Assembly (NCBI GenBank): GCA_028534125.1
Contig: CM052816.1
Span: 77,936,001 to 78,000,000, forward strand
Length of the DNA: 64,000 nucleotides
Reading direction: 5' to 3'
From: Lama glama
Taxonomy: Eukaryota
Part shown: positions 34,220 through 47,900 of the stretch, piece by piece
How positions within the stretch are numbered: the stretch's first letter is position 1
Layout: each line of letters starts with the position of its first letter
Notes under the pieces: generated by a model
Seen by the model: only the letters and a program-made list of their open reading frames with translations
Databases searched by the model: none
What the model was told of the DNA's origin: nothing
Made by a program: the position numbers and the translations under genes

Positions 34220-34610
34220 ACTGAGCCTTGTCTTAGCCATTGGTTAAGTCTTTGTTCTTACATTAATTATCTTATTTAATCTTGACAACAAGATTAATAA
34301 GTATTAATGTCTCAGTTTTATAGATGGGGCTCAAAGAAGTGAAATAACTTGCCCAAGGTCACAATACATGGCAGAGCTGGGGTTCTAGGATAGGTCTGTC
34401 TCATTCCAATTAGTGACCTCCAAGAACAGCGGAGCCGAAGGAACACTGGGCTGCCTGCAGAGATCTTTGTTATGGTCCCAGCTCTGCCGTTAGCAAACAG
34501 TGTGTCCTGGCACAAACAGCTGCCCCTCAGGGCTCCAGTTTTCTCACCTGTAAAATCTGGGGCTCACAGTAGATGGTCTTTTACATCCTTTCTAAGTCTA
34601 ACAGCCTCTA
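34220..34610. mobile_element. Two MIR fragments in opposite orientation
   Basis: ttttatagatggggctcaaagaagtgaaataacttgcccaaggtcac (-) and ctccagttttctcacctgtaaaat (+). Confidence 0.6.
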
Positions 34611-37035
34611 ATTACAGCTTGGCTCTGTCACATTATCCTAGTGACCTTCTGCCCTTTTCTCTGAATTTTATGACACATGGCTGGTCATAACTATAACGTA
34701 CAGGATGCTCAGTTCTTGATCTCCTTGGCCTCCCACTTACAACATTGTTCTTGTGGGTAAAATACAATCTGCCTGACAAGTGTCTGCTTTGCTACAGCCC
34801 AGGCTAGGACGCAGTCCCCAAGGCACATTGAGGCAAAGGTGCGGGACTGCTTGTCAGAGGTCTCCAGAGATAAAAGCAGTAACATCTGCTCATTGTGCTG
34901 TTCTGTCTTCTCATTATTTACAGTCCTATGACCCTCAATAAAGGGGAAAGCTGACTATACATAAATTAAAAGAATATTATTGATTGCTGTTGACTGTTTA
35001 TAATGACAAGATCTTGGAAGATGCAAGTAAATCCAGGCACAGCTAGTTTAGGACCCCACATCTGGCCCTGAGTAGATTCATGAGTCTCGCCTCCAGGCCA
35101 CACATTGTCTGGCGAAAGAGAGGTTCCTCACGCACGACACTTTTGGGGTTCAGCCAGCCTTGGAGCTGGATGAAATAAAGAATGTGGCCACTGGGGCAGA
35201 GCAACAGGAGGAAGCCTCGGGTCCTAGTCTAGTTTCCAGCTTCCAGGTGGGCTATGACTGCTGATGGGCACTGAGCAGGGAGGGATTTCCAAAGTACGTT
35301 ACACATTTTTGAGGTGAAGAAACAGATCTGCAACATGTTCTTCAGGACTTCTTTTCTCCAGATCAAATAATATGTATGGCAGGATGCAGCATTTCCGAGA
35401 AATATCCCGAAACAGAATATCTGAAAAGTCTGCCTGCTTCTGCTAGGATGCTGCTGAAAAGAGAAGTAGTAAGAACACTCATGTAGCATACCGTTGTTTG
35501 CAGAGTGCTTTCTCACTTTGATCCTCATAACGAGAGTCACCTAGGCTCCAAAGAGCTTCTGTAACTTGCTCACTCTGGGATTTGAACCCAGGTCTCCTGA
35601 CTCCAGAGCTTTTCTCTATGCTATGTATCTCTGAATAATATGGTATTTCCCCCAAAAGAAAAATACCTCATTATTTTTAAAACAAAATTAGGAGAAGAAA
35701 AAAGTCTATGTACTTTAGAGGCAAGATTGCCGCTGGCCACTTGTCACAGCTGACCTGCTGTTTCTCATAAAAAAGAGGCAGCAGGGTCAGAGGGAAAGAC
35801 CACATGACACCCAAAGAAACCAACATGGTACTTTTCAATGCTTTGGAAAAACAGGGCAAACAAGAAAAAAGGGAATATCAAAATAGTATATGAGAGACAC
35901 AAAAGAGAACTTTCCCATTTTTCTAAATTTGGAGGTTTTGCGCATACTGTTACGACCAGCACCATGAGGGTCATTCAGTCGAATGCGGCCAACAATGAGG
36001 CCAATAGGAGGTTGATCAGTGTCCCTGCTGGCATCATGGGAAGCTGAATCAGACAGGACCAGGGCCACCCAAGACAATCCTAGCCAGATCTTGGGGAACT
36101 TCCACAGTCGATGACAACCTCTCAAATACGCAGAACCAAATTCTTCTTGATTGTGGGGCTGATACGGATTTGGGCTTGTTTTCTAGGAATGTGCCCGTCA
36201 TGTGCATTCAGTGAAATACTAGTAATAAATAAACACAAAAGCCAACAACTATATTACCATTTCATGGTTTGCAAAGCCCCTTCCTCTCATTTGAACCATA
36301 AAACACCCCTCTGGATACAGGCTGGGTGATTAATATCGTCCCCATTCCACTGATGAAGAACCTGAGGCTTACCGTTTATATGACTTTCCTAAACTTCACA
36401 AAATTACTGAATAGCAAAGGAGAAACATGAACCTAAAACTTCTGACTTCATATTTCATGCAACTTCCTAGATACCAGCCATACCACTGGTTAAGACTCCT
36501 TGACTAATGTAGTAAATATTCTTCAATCATATGTTTATCTTTTGCCATGGCTGATCAACTTCAGAGACCTGAGGAGAGGCACCAGACATCTGGTCTTAGC
36601 TTTGTCGGGCAGATCTGAGGAGAGAGTCCAGTTGTCAGCTACCCAGGCTTCAAAGTGACTCATGAACAGCAAAACCATCACTGTTTATTCAGCCATTGGT
36701 GTCTCAGAATACAGAAGGAAGGCTGTGAGGAAGACTTACTCACAGGCTCACAACCTCATGAAGACTGCATAGGAGGCTACGGTGTTGGACATCTGTCTGT
36801 CTCAAGGATCCATGTGTGGAAGCCACAGCAGCTCAAGGAAACCCTGCCAGCAAAGTCAACTGAGGGGAAAACAACTGAAGAAGGAACAGCTCTGCTAACT
36901 CAAGTTTATTACAATTATTACAATTATTTCCTTTAGCTAAGATCTCTGGGCTTGTCCCAAGCGGTTCCTGACAGTCTTCCCATCCTAGAGAATAAAATGT
37001 CCCCTCACTCCCATTCCATCAAGAAAAACCAAAGT

Positions 37036-37180
37036 GGGGAGGGTACAGCTGAAGTGGTAAAGTGCATGCTTAGCATGCACGAGGTTCTGGGTTCAGTCCC
37101 CAGTACCTCCTCTAAAAATAAAATAAATAAATAAAACTAATTAAACTACCCCACCCCTCCCCCCAAAATAGAAAAAGAAC
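37036..37180 (+). mobile_element. tRNA-derived SINE, Vic-1-like (camelid)
   Basis: ggggagggtacagctgaagtggtaaagtgcatgcttagcatgcacgaggttctgggttcagtccccagtacctcc with A/B boxes, A-rich tail and degenerate TSD (aagaaaaaccaaagt / aggaaaagccaagt). Confidence 0.85.
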
Positions 37181-37539
37181 AGGAAAAGCCAAGTGACTTC
37201 ACTGCCTTAAAACATATTCTTAATAAGTCTACCCCATATACTCAAAATATAAGATGAATTAGCTGCATTAGAAATCAAATTAGTTGTCTATTGCTGTTAC
37301 AAATTACCCCCAAACTTAGTGGCTTAAAATGACAACCATAGTAAGTCCATACTGATGGTTGAGGCCTTGACGGGGATAGGGTAAGGTGAGGGGAAGATGA
37401 AAAGATTCCAAACTTTGATGTTGAACCTTGAGAGTCCTGCGAATTTGTTCTCTCTTCCTGGGCCCTTAATGAGTTGTGATAAGGAGCCTTGTAAAGCCAT
37501 CACCTGGAACCAAGCATAGCTTACATCTTGCTGCTAGGC

Positions 37540-38000
37540 ATATTCATTTCCTAGGGCTGCCTTAGCCGATTTCCATGAACTGGGAGGCTTAAAACAACAG
37601 AAATTAAGTTCCTCACAGTTCTGGAGGCTAGAAGTCCAAAATCAAGGTGTCAGCAGGGCCATGTCCCCTCTGACGGCTCTCAGGAAGGATCCTTTCCTTG
37701 CCTCTTCCTAGCCTCGTGGTTGCCAGCAGTCCTTGGGGTTCCTTGACTTGTGGCCTCATCACTCCAGTAACTGCCTCCATCCTCACATGGTCTTTTTCCC
37801 TCCATGTGTGTGTCTCTCTGAGTCTCTACATGACCTTCTTATCAAGACAACAGCCATTGGATTTATGGCCCATCCTAATCCATCGTGACTTCATCTTAAT
37901 TTAACTAATTACACCTATAAAGACTATTTCTAAATAAGATCACATTCTGAGGTTCTGGGTATGCATGAATTTTGGGGGGACACCATTCAACCCAGTGTAC
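37540..38000 (-). mobile_element. MaLR solo LTR (MLT1B/C-like)
   Basis: tttcctagggctgcc…ggcttaaaacaacagaaatt…cacagttctggaggctagaagtccaaaatcaaggtgtcagcagggcc…ggggacaccattcaaccc. Confidence 0.85.
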
Positions 38001-38519
38001 TAGGAATATTTCCCAGAATCATCTTTAGCATCTCCAGTTGGGTATCCACAGATAAGAAAACTACCAAGGTTGCAGTGAGTCATTCTCATAGCAAAAACAA
38101 GTCATTCTTTTGACCTCCCCCGCCCCAATTCCACTTTGGTAACCAACTCTACGAAAAGAATCCTAGGTATATAAAGAAACTCTAGGTATGGAGCTAAAGG
38201 CAAAGCAGCATTGCTCATAATAGCAAATTTGAAATCAACCTATATTTCCAATAATAGGAGAAGAAACATCTGTATAAAGGACAACTAAGTAGCCTCTAAA
38301 ATTATATATGAGGTTGGTAATAATGTAGAAAATTTATGTGTTTATTTAAAAAGTGAAAGACATACCATATTTTAATAAATATTATTACAATAATGTGTTC
38401 AGAAGAGAAAATAAATCTCAAAATCGTTCATAAAAGAAAAAATGGAAAGAAATTCATCAAAATATTAGCACTATTTGTATCTGAATGGCTGAATATCTTT
38501 TTTCTTATAAGTTGTTCCA

Positions 38520-39025
38520 ATTATACTTTTGCAAAACAAACTGACAACTTATTGCTTAAAATGATAATAATCATTCACTTTTCTCATTAATCTGCAACTT
38601 AGACAGGGCTCAGTAGAGGCTGGCTCATTGCTGCTTCATGCAACAATAGCACGTGTGATTCAACTGGGACTGAAGGATCTGCTTTTTAAGATGACTCAAT
38701 AACTTGCTGGTGCTGACTGTCAGCTGGGAGTTCAGTTGGGATTCTTGGCCAGGGGCCTCAGTTCTCCAAGTGGGCCTCTCCATGGGACTACTTGGGCTTC
38801 CTAACAGCTCGGCAGCCAGCTTTCAATAACAAGCGTTCCAAGAGAAAGGAAGGAGAGACTGCAAGTTTCTTAGTGCCTGGGCCTGGTGACCAGCACAGCA
38901 CCACTTCTGCCATGCTCTTTGGGTCATGCCAATAGAACACAGAGCATGCTCAGATTTAAGGGGAGGGGATCTCCTCGATGGAAGGAACACCGAAGAACTC
39001 GTGGCCACCTTTAATCACCATTACA
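38520..39025 (-). mobile_element. MaLR solo LTR (MLT1H-like)
   Basis: ctgtcagctgggagttcag…tgggcctctccatgggactacttgggcttcctaacagc…cacttctgccatgctct. Confidence 0.65.
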
Positions 39026-39561
39026 GATCAGTTTTGACCCCTAATACAGTCTTCAGTAATTCAGGAAACTACTTACAATAGGAAACTTCTCTTCTGTTTG
39101 CCCTTAAAGGCCCTTCTCTACCTACAGACCTCTAGAGACACACGCACACACACAATCTCATCTTTAGGCACTTTGCTCCTGGTCTGGTCTTCTCTCTGTT
39201 CTTTGGTGAGGGTGGTAAGTAAAAATACTGTACTGTCCTGGTGGCTTGGGCTACGCCCCATTCCAGACAGATACTTTTCACTGGTGTCAGCAACCATCCA
39301 TTTCCTGATCTCCTTGAGGACACACAAGAAGACTGGTAAATGGATGACGTATATCCCCTCTAAAGGACTCCTGACCCTGGCTCTATGTATACATCTAAGC
39401 AGGCACCTGATTGCCCTCTCTTCCTCTTACCGTATCTGACTCTTGGGTTATCAAAGACCTCACAGTTGCCTGAAATAGTCATATCGATTCTTAAAATCTT
39501 TCCCAGATTGGCCCAAGTCTCATAATATGTGCTCTTAGATCACATAAAGAAGGGCTCACCT

Positions 39562-39688
39562 ATAAACAACAAAGTCCTAATGTATAGCACAGGGAACTAT
39601 ATCCAGTGGTGTGTAGCGACCTGTAATGAAAAAGTAAGAACATATATACATATATATACTTCAATTTGAAAAAAGTTAAAAAAAAAAA
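39562..39688 (+). mobile_element. Very short L1 3' end with TSD
   Basis: ataaacaacaaagtcctaatgtatagcacagggaactatat… plus A tail; flanks aagggctcacct / aagcactcacct. Confidence 0.7.
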
Positions 39689-40404
39689 AGCACTCACCTT
39701 TGGATGCTGCCTTCATGTAACCGTGAGACTGATATCTAGTTTTTAATGGGACAGAAGGCTAATAATCTTTCAAAGAATGAATATAGGATCTGACTTCAAA
39801 GCAGTAAGATTAACTGCTGAAGATTAAATGTGAGCCAGTATGTTAAAAGTTTTTAGTTTAGCTTCTTTTGCATGGTATTGGGTGTGTTTGTATGAATGTG
39901 TTCTGGTTTTCAGGGATAAATGGCCCAATTCTACACAGTCCTCTTGAGAGATGAAGGAGCTGCTAGCAACACCTAACATTCCAGAATTTAATTAGTGCTA
40001 GAGATCTTCTCTACAGAAAGCTGTATATGAACATAAGCAAAGTGTGCTTTGTACTCTGAGGGGGTTCGCAGCCACCCTGTCCAGGTTAAAACCCTCATGC
40101 TATCAATGCCTCAGATCTTTGGTGACTCAGGACAGATGAGTGCATAAAGATGCCAGGGTGGCTTAGGTCTTGTTGGGCCACGCCAACAACAGCACAGACA
40201 CCTATTTACAATCCTGCTTCTTCCTCGAGCCAACCAGTTACCTGTGAATACCGCAGTTGCCTGTGTAAATCCCAACAGAGAAAGGCAAAGCAGCCTGGAC
40301 AGGGACCAAGCTTCGGTATTAATAATCCTCCTTCCCGTCTGCAAGGCAGAAGCAATTCTCACGCTTCATTCTCTTCCCATCACTTCTTCTCCCTTTCCTC
40401 TGCC

Positions 40405-41290
40405 AAATATTCAGTGAGCACCTTTTTAACCCCTTTCACCAGGCTAGGATCTAGGAATACAAATGTGCATATGGCTGCTCTCAACTTATTAAACAAATTC
40501 ATTGAATATTCACAGAAACCAATGTGCTTTAGTTTTTACGATTTACATCCCCTTGGAAGAAACAGACACACTCAGGCCCACAAGCCATGCACACATACAC
40601 ACTTGCAATGCAACATAAAAGAAGGCTTTAGTGGAGAGATACATAAGCAACTCTCGAGGCAGAGGAGGGAGGGAACAGTTGTCGGCCTGGGGGGTCATGG
40701 AAGCTGCTCGGGGAAGGTGGTATGGTCTCCACGTTCAAAAACCAACAGGCAGACCAGGAAGGAAGATGTGACAACATAGGCAAAGGCATTCAGGTGCCAG
40801 CGAACATGGTACTCTCCAAGTTCAATGTGGCTGCACCTCAGAAGTATGTGGGAGACAGTAGGAGTTAAAGGAAGAAAGACCAGGAGAGACCAAATCCTGA
40901 ATGTCCTAAGTGCCACCCAAATGGGTCGGATACTGACATGGAGATTCTGGAAGGCTCTAAGCAGAGGAATGAAATGATAGATTTGGGATTTAGAAAGCTA
41001 ATTCTGACAGCAGAATAAAAAAAAGATGAATTAGATGAGGGCCAAGTGAATCACAGAGATGAGTTGGGAGTGAGGCTCCTGAGAGGTCCTGGTGAGGATG
41101 AAAGAGGGCCTCAGTTCCAGGAGGGGCAGTCGGCAAAGAGATGGAGGTCAAATATGAGAGATTCAGAAGACAGTGTGGATGGATGGGAACTGGCAAATGA
41201 TTAAAAGAGGTGGGAGCAGGGGTGAGGGAGGAGTCATTATTATGACTTTCAGGTTCTTTATTTGAGCAAACAGAAATGTAGTTGACCAGG
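40405..41290 (-). mobile_element. L2 fragment
   Basis: caaatattcagtgagcacct…ggaaggctctaagcagaggaatgaaatgatagatttgggatttagaaag…atgactttcaggtt. Confidence 0.6.
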
Positions 41291-41904
41291 ATTAGGGACA
41301 CAAGGTTGTAAAGGGTCAGAGAATTGAAGCCTGAGGGGCATGAGGAGTGGCAGGCCTGCAGAATCACCATCCTGGCGGTAAGATGACAGTCAAACGAGCT
41401 GCTGCTCTTTGTCCAGTCCTGGATCCAAGGTCCTTGCTCACCAAAATCGGGATTGGAAATCCTTATGTGTATTCTGACAATCTTGTGTGGAAAAAAATTA
41501 TGCTTCACAAAATTCTCTCAAATGAGACAGATCATCTCAAGCATGAAAATGGCCGCTTGTGTTGTGGGCAACAATGAGAAAATCATCTTCGTGCTAAACT
41601 TGCCTTTCTCTCCCCTTACATCATAGCAGGCTCCGCCAAGACCACTATGATCAAGTGTTCGTTCCTCCCTCCAACCCTCCACGGCAACGTCTGGCTGTGC
41701 AAGACGAATACTTCCATATGGTGCGATATTTAAGATGGGAAAAAACATGAAATGCTTTCAGTAAATTTTATCCAAGAAGTAATAAATTTACAAATCCTAA
41801 GCAGCTGGAACAAAATATTGGCCTGTAATTGATTTTGGAGGAACTGTATTTCAACAAGAATAGGAAATTGGGGACAGTAAGTTGTTAATTACTGTTGTTC
41901 AGAG

Positions 41905-42110
41905 AGACCTTGGGTGTCTTCATACAGTCCCCCCAGACTATCATCTCTGACAGATTATGTGATGTGCTGGACTTCTTTCGCCTCGTCTGTAAAATGGGGT
42001 TAGCAATTTTACCTATTCATGGGGTTTCTGTGAGGATTAAACGAGCTAATGCAGGTAGAGTTTAGAACAGTAGTCGTCAGACGGTAGGCACCCAACCCAC
42101 GTCAGTTCTT
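41905..42110 (+). mobile_element. MIR SINE
   Basis: ctcgtctgtaaaatggggttagcaattttacctattcatggggtttctgtgaggattaaacgagctaatgc. Confidence 0.75.
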
Positions 42111-42779
42111 CCTCTTATTACCTATTAAGCTCAGTGACAAGGGGAGGGGAACGGGAGAAGGAAAGGACAGAAAATAGTTGACAAGAAGGAAGATTTTTAG
42201 GATTTATCAATGAAGAATGCCCACTGTCACCTCAGAACCATAGAGGCAAAAAATGCTGTGTGAATTCAACTGGTTGTTAGAAAAGATTCTAGGGGAAGGG
42301 CGTGGGGTAGTGTGTGAAGTCTGTAGAACCAGGAGCTTTCTGACATATTTTGGCTCATCATTCTCTTTTATAACTATTTAATTCACTGGGACAGATGAGA
42401 GCAGGAGGGCAGAGGGCAAGTGTATTAAAATACCTGACTTGTCCAGCGGGGACTATTTGACATGCAAAACCTCCCCCAGGTCTATGTGAAATCAGGGAAG
42501 GGAAAGGCAAATTTAGCACACAGATGGTTTTCTCATTGTTACCCACAATACAAGTGGCCCTTTTCATGCTTGAGAATGAAATAGGATTTTATCCTATTGA
42601 CTCATTATTACTTTGGACAAACAGCCAACTTTTGTTTTAGTTTTTGAGTCACAAAAGGACAAGGATCTTTTAGAATGATTTTTAACATCTTCTACTTACG
42701 TCGCTTTTACGTTCACAAAGCATTTCTATACCTTTCTAATTTAATACTGTAAAAGTCAGGCAAAGTTGGTATCATTACC

Positions 42780-42990
42780 TCTATTTTAAAAGAGCAAATA
42801 TTGAGTGTATATTTACTGTCTCAGGTACTACACTAAGTGCTCTACAAGGATATTTATCTAATCCTTCTGACAAACGTACGAGGGTAACCCTATGATCATC
42901 TGAGTCTAGAAGACAGAAGCTTAACTCTCCCAAGGCGACCCAGACAGTAACAAGCAGACCCAGGATTTGAACCCACATCAGCCTGCCTTT
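42780..42990 (-). mobile_element. MIR SINE
   Basis: tattgagtgtatatttactgtctcaggtactacactaagtgctctac…cccaggatttgaaccca. Confidence 0.65.
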
Positions 42991-43432
42991 AAAGTCTTCC
43001 TCCTAAATCCTAATCACTGTTTTCTGCTATTGAAGGATAATCAGATACACGTTCTTTCCTAGTATGGCAATGCTTTCAGTCTGAACTCAGCCTAATTGTT
43101 TACAGTCGTGTAAACAGCTGTTGTGAAACTACACAGAAATATTAACCGTTTTGATGCCTATTTCCTAGAAACACTCGAGACAGATGTACGTCTCAATGTG
43201 CATCCCCCTCCCCTAAGGCTGTAAGACTGTACAAGACCAGTAATTGTTGAATAAAGTTTCAAAATACCTTAAGTACTTGGTAATAGGCCAAGAATCTGCT
43301 TCTTATTTACTTATAATACAGTTTAATAGTTGTAAGTAAGAAAATGTAAGCACAATTTTAGTGGAAGGTAGCTGCCAATCTTTTGAATGGTTCGATAATG
43401 CAAAGAGCAAAACCTGTTCATAAAAACGTATT

Positions 43433-43438
43433 TTTATT
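43433..43438 (-). terminator. WDR70: WDR70 polyadenylation signal AATAAA (short 3' UTR)
   Basis: The minus strand reads …aatgaAATAAAaatacgtttttatg…, 63 nt after the stop codon. Confidence 0.7.
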
Positions 43439-43501
43439 TCATTAAAAAAAAGAACTTCAATATCCCTCCCCCTCATGCAAATAACTCTCACATGAGAGTC
43501 T

Positions 43502-43589
43502 TCAAATTTTACGTTTTTTCCATTCTGGCTCATTCTTTGTTTCTTCGTCATCAGATTCAACTTGGGCAAACATGGTTTTGGGCTGAGTC
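43502..43589 (-). CDS. WDR70: WD repeat-containing protein 70, final coding exon
   Basis: ctttctttcag|G ACT CAG CCC… translates (K)TQPKTMFAQVESDDEETKNEPEWKKRKI*, the recognisable WDR70 C-terminus. The phase matches the upstream donor (AA|G = Lys). Confidence 0.95.
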
Positions 43590-44552
43590 CTGAAAGAAAG
43601 TTAAGGGAAAGAGGAAAAACTTAGGCGGCAAGTGTTTATCAGGCTTCGCTTCTCTCAGCAAGTGGAAGCACATTTGCAGAATCAATTATACCTCAATTAT
43701 TAGGTATTATTAAACTTCTGGCAAAGAAAAGGATAATGCACATTTAATTATGTTCAAGTTCTTTTAAAGGTTTTCCTTCTGCGGCAGACTATGTATGTTG
43801 TCCTTTCCTTAAATAAAATGAAAATGTATCATATTCAGCGGACTCTTATACATCCATAACCACCCTCCACCCGAACTCAGGCTAACCAGGACCGTGTGGG
43901 AGGCCAAACTATAGTCACCAAGCAAGAATCTACATGATCTCTATTTATAACTCTCCGAATGTTCCTAGACTTAAGTAGCCCCAATACACATGATTATGGT
44001 GCACATGGATAGGAGAATCTGAGTCAACAGTTTTCTTATCTAATGAGATTAAAATAATAGATACTATATATAGCAATTTGGGCACTGCCAATAAAAATAA
44101 AAAACAAAACAGACAAATGAACATTCCCTCCACCCAACACCTAGATCAATGCATGGAAACGTCAAGCATTTTAGGACATACAACTGAGTATGACTGCAGT
44201 AATACTGGCACATAGGACACCAAGCAATCTTTGCATTAGGGCCTGCTGTGCTTTGTAAACATACTTGGTTCAATGACATTCCTTTTTACACTGTTCACAC
44301 AGAAAATAATTCCAAGAAAATGTCAAATGGTTATAATTTACTTTTGGTCATACTACTGCTGATTTCCTTTTGAAAACAGCTCCATACATTATGAGAAAAC
44401 ATCAAAACATTATATCTGAAGATGATATATGTTAGCTTACATCTTCATTTAGAGTTCAATTCATTATATCAAAGTAATTCCAGAATGGTAAAAAAAATGA
44501 AAATAATTTCTTTTATTTAGCAAGTGAAATAGGGTTAAAGCCTTATATTACT

Positions 44553-45236
44553 AACCAGGTGGTTGCCGGCGGTGGGGGTGGGGGTTGGGGGAAGAAAAGA
44601 AATACGTGAGGAAGATGAAGAGGTACAAACCTTCAGGTACAGAATTAATGAGTGATGGGTTATAAAATGTACAGTGTGGGGAACAGGGTCAATAATTATG
44701 TAATATCTCTGTATGATGACAGCTGGTAACTAGGCTTATCATGATGATTACTGTGAAATGTACAGAAATAGCAAATCACTATGTTTTGTACCAGAAACTA
44801 ACATAGTACTATTTTAGGTCAATTATACTTCAAAAACAAAGAAACAAATAAATTCACAGAAAAAGAGATCATATTTGTGGTTAACAGAGGCAGGGGATGG
44901 CGGGGAGGGGGAACTGGATGAAGGCACAAAAGGTACAGACTTCAAATTACAGACAAATAAGTACTAGGGACATAATGTACAACATGATAAATATAATTAA
45001 CATTTCTTTATGTTATGTATGAAAGTTGTTGAGAGAAAAAATCCTGAGGGTTTTCATCATAAGGAAAAAATTGTTTTTCTAGTTCTTTAATTTTGTGTCT
45101 ATATGAGGTGATGGATGTTCATTAAACTTACTGTGGTGATCATTTCATGATGGATGTACGTCAAATCATTATGCTGTACCCCTTAAACTTACACAGTGCT
45201 GTGTGTCAATTATAACTCAGTAAAACTGGAGGGAAC
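44553..45236 (+). mobile_element. L1 3' UTR (L1MA9/laurasiatherian-type, bipartite) with probable TSD
   Basis: Two successive gtggtt…aggtaca…cttc modules; flanks aaagccttatattact (44537-44552) and aaaacctttgtattact (45237-45253). Confidence 0.75.
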
Positions 45237-47431
45237 AAAACCTTTGTATTACTTCTTTCTGTTTCTCTATCATCCTGGGGAAGAAGTATAAACCACCCAC
45301 AGTCCATGCTGATGTTGTGCTGATGCAAGCCATGTACTAGAATTCCTCAAGCACAAGCTAGTCACAATTCCTGTCTCTCCAGTTACCTACCTAGAGAGCC
45401 CAACCTGTCCCCATTTACAATCCAGTTGGTTAAATTTCTTTTTGTCACTTCAAGACACTGTTATGACATCTGTAAACAAGTCATAGCTCTAACATTTCCA
45501 AAACCAGCTGCAGAGTTTCATAGGTCATGAGTTGCTGAATTACTAGAAAGCAGGACCGCTGGTCTCTCACATGCTGCAAGGCAATCAGTGCACATGACGT
45601 CTTTCATCTTCTCGCAAAGATACTGACCCCTTGGGTACAGACCAACCCGCACAGGAACAAATTTGTCTGGTTTAAAAATCCTTTGAAAGCCTGAAGCTGT
45701 GAGGAGTCTCTGAGCTAAGCCTCAGGTTGGGGATCCATTCCCAGTTTGGCACTGATTTGCTCTGTCACCTGGAACAGGTGTTTCCCTCAGGGGCTTGGTT
45801 TCCTTCTCTATCAAATGTGGGGGTTGAATTTGATTAGTGGGTCCCGAAGGACTAAAGGCTCAGAGCAGACAATGCTGAAGTATGTGTTTTTAACATTAAT
45901 GCAAGTATAATACAGACAGAAAAGTGCATGTTTCGTAAATGTACAGGTCTCTGGATTTTCACAAACTGGACATGCCATGAAACCAGATGAAGAAACAGAG
46001 CATGACTGGTAGCTTCAAAGCCCCTCATACTCCCCTCCAGTTACTAAACCCCTACCCAGAGTAACCATATCCTGACTTCTGGCCACAAAGGTCAGGCTTG
46101 CCTGTGTTTGTCCCGTCTCTGGGTGACGCCTACAGTGTGCACTATTTTGTGCCTGGTTTCTTCCATTTAGCATCATTCATGGTGCTGTGTGTAATGAGCA
46201 TGTTTGCAACAATACATTCCAAAAAAATACAAAAAAATGAAGGCAATACTGTGCGTTTTACCTTGAGTTAAAATGAGTTTAACTTAAATTACTATCCTTT
46301 ATTCTAAGATAATGTTCTTTTATTTTGTAATAAAATGTCTTGAAAGTTAAGCATCCGTAGAATTAACTACTTGATTTCTAAGGGGATAAAAAGAACACAG
46401 TCTTCTAAAGATACCTGGTAATGCTTCATAAGACACCAGCTTATCAACTTGAGTTGCAATGAGACTTAAGTACCAAGAAGGTGTAGTGTTGCTTTTTTGA
46501 GAGTATAAAAAAAGAAATTGAATGACAGGTCACAGGAAGAAAACCTAGAGCTTGAAAAGGCTATTTCATTTATGGAGTTAATTTTTTTTTATAATCCACC
46601 TACTTCCAAAAGTATTTTTAGTAAGTTGGTGGCTAACACTGAAGGGCATGGAATCAATGGAACCATTTAACAAGGGGCAAAAAGGAGTGATGATTGCAAA
46701 AAGGCAGGGGGGAACATTTTGGGGGAATGGAAATACTCCATTATCTTGATTGAAGTGGTGATTACACAGGTGTATATATTTGTCAGGACTTGACATGGGT
46801 GCATGTATTTTATTACATGTAAATTATAGCTCAATAAAACTGACTTATAATAAAGAAAATCAAAACAAAACAAATGACTAGAAGGTCGAGAACAAAGGAA
46901 TGAAAAGGTATGTAACTGAGTATAAAGTTTAGCACTAAATTTCCTAGCAGCCAAGACTAAAGAAAAAAGGAAAAAGATTAGTTTTTCAAAGAAAAAACCT
47001 TTATCCCCCCAGCACTGAATTCAGCAAAATCCACTGAATAAATTTTTACATCAGGGTCACTCAGACTGTCACTTTCAATTACCAGATCACAACAGTTTCC
47101 TTTTGCTCTCCAGATATTTTAACTTAAGATATATCAACTTGTTTGGAAGGCAGAATGGTCTTCATTGTGAAGCTCCATGAAATTTATTTTAAATTCCACT
47201 TTTGAACTAATAAAAATGTTGCCAGCAAAATCACCATATTATGTGTATGCAACATCAAATCATGACAATTAGCTTTCATGTTCCACTTAGCATTTAACAG
47301 CCATGCTTCCCTTCCCCAAATTGCCAAAACCAAGGCATAAACCAGTGTCCAAATTTTCCTAGCAATGCTTGCCTACCACTTTTTCTTTCACTTTGTTGGC
47401 CAGGTAGGGAATAACTGAGTTTGAGAACTGG

Positions 47432-47900
47432 GTTTCTTTCAACAAATGGTGCTGGGGAAATTGTATATCCATGTGCAATGAAAGTGGACAGTTTATCTTA
47501 CACCATATACAAAAATTAACTCAACATGGATCAAAGACCTAAACCTAAGAGCAAAAACTATAAAACTCTTAGAAGAAAACATAGGGGAAAGCTTTATGAC
47601 ATGGGATTTGGCAATGATTTTTTTCAATGTGACACTAAAAGCACAGGCAACAATAACAAAAATAGGTAAACTGGACTACATCAAAACTAAAAACTGTGCA
47701 TCAAAGGACACAATCAACAGACTGGAATAAAGAACTGTCATTTAGTGGGCATAGAATTTTAGTTTTGCAAGATGAAAAGAGTTCTGGAGATTGGCTGCAC
47801 AACAATGTGACTGTATTTACTAACACTACCAAAATGTACACTTAATAATGGTTAAGATGGCAAATTTTATGTTATGTGTATTTTACCAAAATCTTTTGAA
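47432..47900 (+). mobile_element. L1MB-type fragment, internally deleted (ORF2 piece joined to the 3' end)
   Basis: tcaacaaatggtgctgggga…caccatatacaaaaattaactcaacatggatcaaagacctaaa… then gatgaaaagagttctggagat…atggttaagatggcaaattttatgttatg. Confidence 0.8.

Noticed and set aside
40150..40779. Longest non-gene ORF (209 aa)
   Set aside because: Runs through decayed L2 and CA-rich sequence; no recognisable domain or splice structure.
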